In this document: piece after piece, positions 57,376 to 64,000 of the stretch | How the letters are laid out: each line of letters opens with the position of its first letter | How positions within the stretch are numbered: position 1 is the stretch's first letter | NCBI GenBank assembly: GCA_964016885.1 | Contig: OZ024745.1 | Location: forward strand, 130,200,001-130,264,000 | DNA from: Eledone cirrhosa | Lineage: Eukaryota | Reading direction: 5' to 3' | Length of the DNA: 64,000 bases | The notes under the pieces: model-generated | Seen by the model: only the letters and a program-made list of their open reading frames with translations | What the model was told of the DNA's origin: nothing | Database searches by the model: none | Translations under genes and position numbers: made by a program

Positions 57376-58214
57376 TAGAAATTGATTGACATATAAACAT
57401 ATCTAAAATAAACATATGAAACAATCACAGGGGATAATTTGTAAAAGTGTGTAAGCACACATAGCTATGTAGGTAACTAAATAAAGTTTAACTAGAACTT
57501 CAAAATTAGATACCTTATAAATTGATTAATCTTCCTTGTATATATTCCATTAAAGAAATATATTTCACTAATTAATCGATTGGTAAACGACAGTAGCCAG
57601 ATCCTGGATTTTCAACAAGGAAGAGGACTAACCATCTGTGTTTACGCATCAAGTTCAAATCAGCGACTGGCCCGTAACACGTGCTGTATTTATTAAAAAT
57701 ACACACATCGTACCATCTTCGTCCCAGTGGCGTGAATAGGGTTATCGACAACTAGAAATAGCAGTCACGTACTTTCAACTGAGTTAGCTCTACAAGTAAG
57801 GGGCCGTATTTATATATATCCAAAATTATGTTAAATTAAGGGTGTCATGTCAGATAGACATGCACCATATCACCCTTAAAATATGCTCCAAGATTCCAAT
57901 GAATAGATCCGAGCATTTTATATCAACTAGAAATTGATTGACATATAAATATATCTAAAATAAACATATGAAACAATCACAGGGGATGATTTGTAAAAGT
58001 GTGTAAGCACACATAGCTATGAAGGTAACTAAATAAAGTTTAACTAGAACTTCAAAATTAGATACCTAATAAATTGATTAATCTTCCTTGTATATATTCC
58101 ATTAAAGAAATATATTTCACCAATTAATCGATTGGTAAACGACAGTAGCCAGATCCTGGATTTTCAACAAGGAAGAGGACTAACCATCTGTGTTTACGCA
58201 TCAAATTCAAATCA
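57376..58214. repeat. Near-identical ~287-bp direct duplication (57376-57662 and 57928-58214)
   Basis: Period 552 bp; only a few substitutions seen by eye. Confidence 0.9.
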
Positions 58215-58639
58215 AATTCAAACTTTGATAGACTATATATACATATATATAGTCTATCAAAGTTCTTTCGTTGCATATCTGCAACATAAGTAGTACTATT
58301 ATCATGTTCCCTCCTATTGTATTGTAATGTTTACGCCATTTTTATTTTATTTATTTAATTATTTTTGCCTCCGTCTCTGCGCATGCGTTTGCGTGTGTGT
58401 ATACAATTCGGTGTGTGTGTTCGCCTTTTAGTGTATGTGTTTTGGTTTTTGTATTCTATCTTTGTTTACTAGTGTGTTTGTTGTTATTGTACTTGTGTAT
58501 ATATTTATTTATTTATTTATATTTCCATATAAGGCAGTATCGTTTCTTTGGGTATGGTTGTTGTTATTCCATTCGTTTTTTCGGTTTAACTTTGGTTTTC
58601 AAAGCTCTATTTCATTTGCTTCTCTGGTTTTCCTATCTG

Positions 58640-59075
58640 TTGGGTGATTTCTATGTTTAGATATTATTTTTATTTCCATGTTGTCTATATTACCGTCATG
58701 TCTTTGTTTGACGTGTTCGTATAGCACTGAGCCGTTTTTTTTTGTCTTTTTAACCCCCCCCCCCCCTCCCACCAGTGTTGGTCTATTCTTTCTCCTATGT
58801 TTCGAGCTGTCTAACCTATGCATATCATGTTTCTGCAAGTTCCTTCTGTACATATTATGCTATAGACCACATTTCTAGTTTTACAGTTTATCTGGGGGTT
58901 CATTTTACATATGATACATTTTTTATTAGTACAGTGGGTTTTCTTAAAGAGGCATGTTTTGCTGATCAGGGATTTTATGGTAGCTCCTGTCTTTTCTACC
59001 ACTCTAATCTTTAAGTGGGTCTTTCTTAGGGCCTTCTACATTAGTTAGATAATTTGCCCCCGCGGGTAGCACCAC
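58640..59075 (-). pseudogene. Degraded PLE Cys-rich linker and GIY-YIG fragment (third lineage)
   Basis: KIRVVEKTGATIKSLISKT..HCTNKKCIIC...CKTRNVVYSIICTEGTC..CIG*TARNIGERIDQH; in-frame stop; a family-C-like tail follows on the plus strand at ~59137-59200. Confidence 0.8.
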
Positions 59076-59197
59076 GAACATGACACTCTGGTATCTCTGG
59101 TTGTCGTACCATGAAGTGGCTTTCCCTATCTTATGCTCCCCAAGTATAACAATATTTGTTTCGACACACGATTTATATCAAAATCCTTGCAAATCAA

Positions 59198-59561
<364 letters not shown>

Positions 59562-60057
59562 AGGGGGGAGTAAGACAGATAGATAGATACGTGCCTGTTT
59601 AAGCGGGCAGTGTTTCTTACATTAGCAATAAAATGTAATACTGGCTTTTCAACAGTAATATTACGCTGCAATATATTGGTGACTCATGAATCAGGATTAG
59701 CCAGGAAGTGAAGGCTATCGTTTGATGTTTAAATTTAATTATGACAAATTGAAGAAAAAAAAGATAAAATGTCTTCTGCCACTTCTTAACTAACCTTCAA
59801 AGAAAAAAATCTCCTTCCTTCTCCGCTTTCTCTCGACTCCTATTTTGTGCATTTTTATTTAGTTCTATTATTTTGTTTATTATAATTTGTATTATTAATA
59901 ATTATTTATTATTTGTTATTGGTATTTGTATATGTGTATTTATTTGTCATATATATTCAAATGACATGTCAGGTAAAAAGGGAATGTCATGGCGTTCAAA
60001 CATCGTAGTAAAGAATTTGGATAATGGTTGTCATTGTTGTAGCAATGATAATGATGA

Positions 60058-61166
60058 TAATTGTTTCTACGTTAGGCACAGTACATTACTGGTACTTTAT
60101 TTTATCGACCCCGTAAGGATGAAAGTCAAAGTCAATCTCGGCGGGATTTGAACGCAGAATGGCAAGGGCCGTAACTCTATGAGTCAAAGCACGGCGTCTA
60201 ACCCTCTACCGATACTGCCAATCCACATAATTATTATCATAATAATTGTTTCTACATTAGGTACGAAGCCAGCAATGTGAGTGGAGAGCAAAGTTGATTA
60301 AACAAACGCCAGTGCTGACATGTGCTTTATTTTATCGACCCCTTAACGATGAAAGGCAAAACTAACCTCGGCGGGATCGGAACACAGAACGCAAAAGTCC
60401 GTAACTCTATGTTGTAAAGCATGTTGTCCGAGGCTCTAGCGATTCTGCCAGACAACGGTAACGAGACTCAGTGTAAGGATATTCACATGACAAACATTAA
60501 TTCTTTCTACAAGATCAGCAACTTGAAAGGTGAAAGTCGATTAAATCGATCCCATTGCCCTAATTATGTTATCGAGGCTGTAAGTAGGAAAAGCTAAGTT
60601 GTCCTTAGAGGGATTTTACCTCAGAACATAATGGGCCCGGACTATGCCCCAGAAAGTATGTTGTCTGACACTCTACAGGTAATAGCAGACCGTATAACTT
60701 CCATACAAATGGTTTCTGATTTAAGCACAAGGCCAATAATTTTGGGGAAGGGAAAGTTGATTAAATCAACCCTTGTGCGTTACTGGTATTTTATTTTATC
60801 GAATCTGTAAAGGAGCTGTGGCTATCTGCATAAAACGTGGAATAAAAGAAAACATGTAATAATTAACAAAAACTAAATACCGACAGAATTCCCTTATATA
60901 GGTGAGAATTACTGAGGCATGGTTTAGAGTCTGTGTGGTTCATAAGTTGCCCTTCGGTTGGTACTGCCCCTACTGGAGTATTTTTGGCACTATCGGTAGA
61001 AGGTCGGACCTCATGCTTTGCAGCACAGAATTACGCCCCTTTCTGATCTGAGTTCAAATCCTGCCAAGGTTAACTTTGCCTTTCATCCTTACGGAGTCGA
61101 TAAAATAAAGTACCAGTAATACATTGGAATAATTGCTGGCCTTGTGCCAAAAATAGAAACAATTAT
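60058..61166. mobile_element. Cluster of SINE copies (60058-60228 minus, 60243-60452 minus, degenerate copies to ~60800, 60985-61166 plus)
   Basis: Repeated SINE core tttatcgacccc..gatgaaagNcaaa..aNctcggcgggat. Confidence 0.8.
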
Positions 61167-61559
61167 TTTTTGGTATCTGTAAATTCCCATTGTCCCTGTT
61201 TTTTGCATTCTCACATGGTTCGAACATAGGGGCCAATAAAGATATAATGATATAAATATTATTATTTGGTTCAATTTTTAAAATCTGACTCTAAAAGGTA
61301 ACTCTGGATGTTGCAGTTAGGGAGCAGACAACAGCATGTTGACATAGTTCCCTCACTGCATACTCTTCAAGACCTTCCTTAAAACTCTTGCTGTACCATG
61401 AAGTTCTGTCTTCTCCATAAATTCCAATTCTGTTTACGCATACTTTAGAACGGTCCGGTATACATTCTGATGATCGGACCATCACTGGAATCAATAAAAC
61501 CTTCTTCATCCCCTACACCTTTCCAACCTCCTCCTCCAACAGATCATTCTTCTCCGTCT

Positions 61560-61899
61560 TATCCTCCTCTTTATCAATCTCACTACTACATCCTGGGACA
61601 GATTATCGACAATTTGGGCCTTAAACATTCTATCGCACTGTTTGGTGAAATTCCACAAAAGCCTAAATTCCTCATTCTCTAACACCCCTTCGGGTCTCTG
61701 CTCAAACCAATTAGTTACTCCGACATATATCACCCGATGGATATATCTGTCAACATTATCATGTCATCTTTTGAATTCAAATCCCGCCGAGGTTAACTTT
61801 GCCTTTCATCCTTACGGGGTCGATAAAATAAAGTATCAGTAATTACTGGGTAATTGCTGGCCTTGTGCCAAAATTAGAAACAATTATCATGTCATCTTT

Positions 61900-61958
<59 letters not shown>

Positions 61959-61988
61959 GTTCTTTCTCTCTCTTTCTCTCTCCATCTC

Positions 61989-62019
<31 letters not shown>

Positions 62020-62150
62020 GCCAACTTAACCAATTCGCTTAAAATATGGCTGACCGTTTCTCTTTTTTGTTCCACACATTCTAGAGATTGGTGATTTATA
62101 GTATATAAGCTTTCGTACGGAGGAAGTTCTATTATACTTGAATTTTCCAA
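61560..62150 (-). pseudogene. Degraded R4/Dong-like (restriction-like endonuclease) LINE C-terminus, interrupted by (GA)n and a SINE
   Basis: RETVSHILSE.KLAE then RHDNVDRYIH...PEGVLENEEFRLLWNF resembles ETxxHIxSxCxxLA..RHD..PExVxEN..ILWDF. Confidence 0.7.
61774..61882 (+). mobile_element. 5'-truncated SINE with 19-bp target-site duplication
   Basis: attatcatgtcatcttttg at 61755-61773 and 61883-61901. Confidence 0.9.
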
Positions 62151-63094
62151 GCATTACTTACTTCACCAAGACACTTATGAGAAATAACGTGTCACCAGTT
62201 GTTTATTTACGACAATTCTGTGAAATTCCATTTCATGGAGACTTATATAAGGACACGTTTAGTCCCCTAAAAAATGTCTATGGCTGAAAGAATAGGCACA
62301 TATATATTAAAGGCAACAATTACGATGTTTGGTAAATATGAAACCAATGGCTTCAATACTGGATAGGTAGTATATCACAGTCTTATCTCGCCGAGAGCAT
62401 ACTTTAATATATGCCGCCCATCGTCCTAACTTTTATCCAATCGCAAAAGATAATAGTTAGAATTGAATTCCTCATGAAATCGAAATTATTTCTATTTATT
62501 TACTCATGATAATATATCCTATTTTATTTGTCTTTTCTTTTCATTGTGTTTTTCTATCAACTCCGTCTCATCAAATGCCATAGCTTAATTCCATAAGTTG
62601 ACAAGAAGAATGGAACTCCTTCAGTAGTTTTGACACCAAGCTTGGCAGGAGGACGTATTTGGCGTCCATAATTACCGACTGTCTTTCTAGTTGTCTATCA
62701 CAACGAAACACTTCTCTGGGCTACGATAATGTTTTAAATGTCAACACATTTCTACCTTTTGGCAGATTTTGTCATTTTAAAAGCCAAAAATCCTTCAAGG
62801 GATTAATTAATTGCTTAGATAAAATATCAAATTCTGTCCCCTTTGAAACGATTTAATGGTTATATAGAGACAATACTTAAGATATCAGTTCACTAATTCC
62901 ATTTGATTAAATTGTAAGTTTCGTATTTTAAACCTTACAGATTTGTTAACAGATTCCCAAAACGAAGTCGAGAAATAATAATAACTCAATTTCTAAAATG
63001 TTATACACATGGATTTGCTATTTCATATTTCAGTAGTTTCTTTATCTTCCCCATTCTCATTTTCCCTCTTTGATGTTATGCTACCACGTTATTA

Positions 63095-63205
<111 letters not shown>

Positions 63206-63279
63206 TAAATAGATAAATAGATAGATAGATAGATATGTATGTATGTATGTATGTATATATATGATGTGTGTGTATGTGT

Positions 63280-63482
63280 GAATACTGGGTCCAATCAGGT
63301 GTAAAGATAGTAAGGTACTCAATACATTAGTAGAGTGTAAACATCATTTTAAATATAGAAATGGCTTCTACAGGACTAGAACTGTTTCATTCAAAAGAAA
63401 TCACCAGGAAATCTTTCCTGGTGATTTATTTTGAATGAAATAGTTCTAGTCCTGTAGAAGCCATTGCTATATCAAACATGAT
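63280..63482 (-). mobile_element. Palindrome-plus-tail insert, tail related to family B
   Basis: Inverted repeat ~63350-63482 centred on ccaggaaa-tc-tttcctgg; contains the 3' half of a hammerhead (GAAAC..GTC); tail has gtactcaatac..tagtagagtg. Confidence 0.7.
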
Positions 63483-63593
<111 letters not shown>

Positions 63594-63594
63594 A

Positions 63595-63955
63595 TAATAA
63601 TACAAGGATGATTTGTTAACCCTTCATTACGTTTATTGATTGGTGACGCACGTTTCACAATTGATCAGCTCAAGGTTCGATCAGTATCGATCTGGACCGA
63701 ATCTGTCATTACTAAAACAGAGGTCCGACGAGCTTTTCATTCCAGAGTCGGGCCAGTTCGATACAGATCGTACATTGAGCTGATCAATAGTGAAACGTGC
63801 GTCACAAATCAATAAACGTAACGAAGGCTTAACAGATCATCCTTGTAATATTATATTACACTCTGTCTAGCTCTACACCTCGCTACTGACGTGAATCTAA
63901 ACATCGAGTGCTCACCTGGGTGAACCTACAGTAACTTCACCTTACACTCCCTGGA
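63595..63955 (+). mobile_element. Family A insert with variant hammerhead (63722-63806)
   Basis: Inverted arm 63595-63700; ggt-CCGACGA-gct...agt-GAAAC-gtgc-GTC-ac; family A tail. Confidence 0.85.
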
Positions 63956-64000
63956 TAGTATTATATAAGAATCCAGCTTCTATAATTTTCGGCAGAAGCA

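Overview
AT-rich, microsatellite-saturated eukaryotic DNA, intergenic or intronic. The SINE families and (TA)n density resemble a cephalopod such as Octopus; this is recognition, not a search result. No host gene is confidently identifiable, and almost all track ORFs are microsatellite artefacts. The one long real ORF (38176-40635, minus, 819 aa) is an apparently intact Penelope-like retroelement (PLE: RT plus C-terminal GIY-YIG, Hydra-clade-like). It sits in a (TA)n tract, with direct and inverted pseudo-LTR copies that each carry a variant hammerhead ribozyme (CCGAAGA core). Around it are three other truncated PLE coding remnants, more than 10 short 'palindrome plus tail' inserts in (TA)n from several families, and about 20 type I hammerhead-like motifs. 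Also present are two RTE 5' ends with a conserved twister-like fold, many tRNA-derived SINEs, degraded CR1/RTE/R4-like LINEs and two TIR MITEs. All alignments and folds were read by eye; boundaries of degraded elements are approximate.
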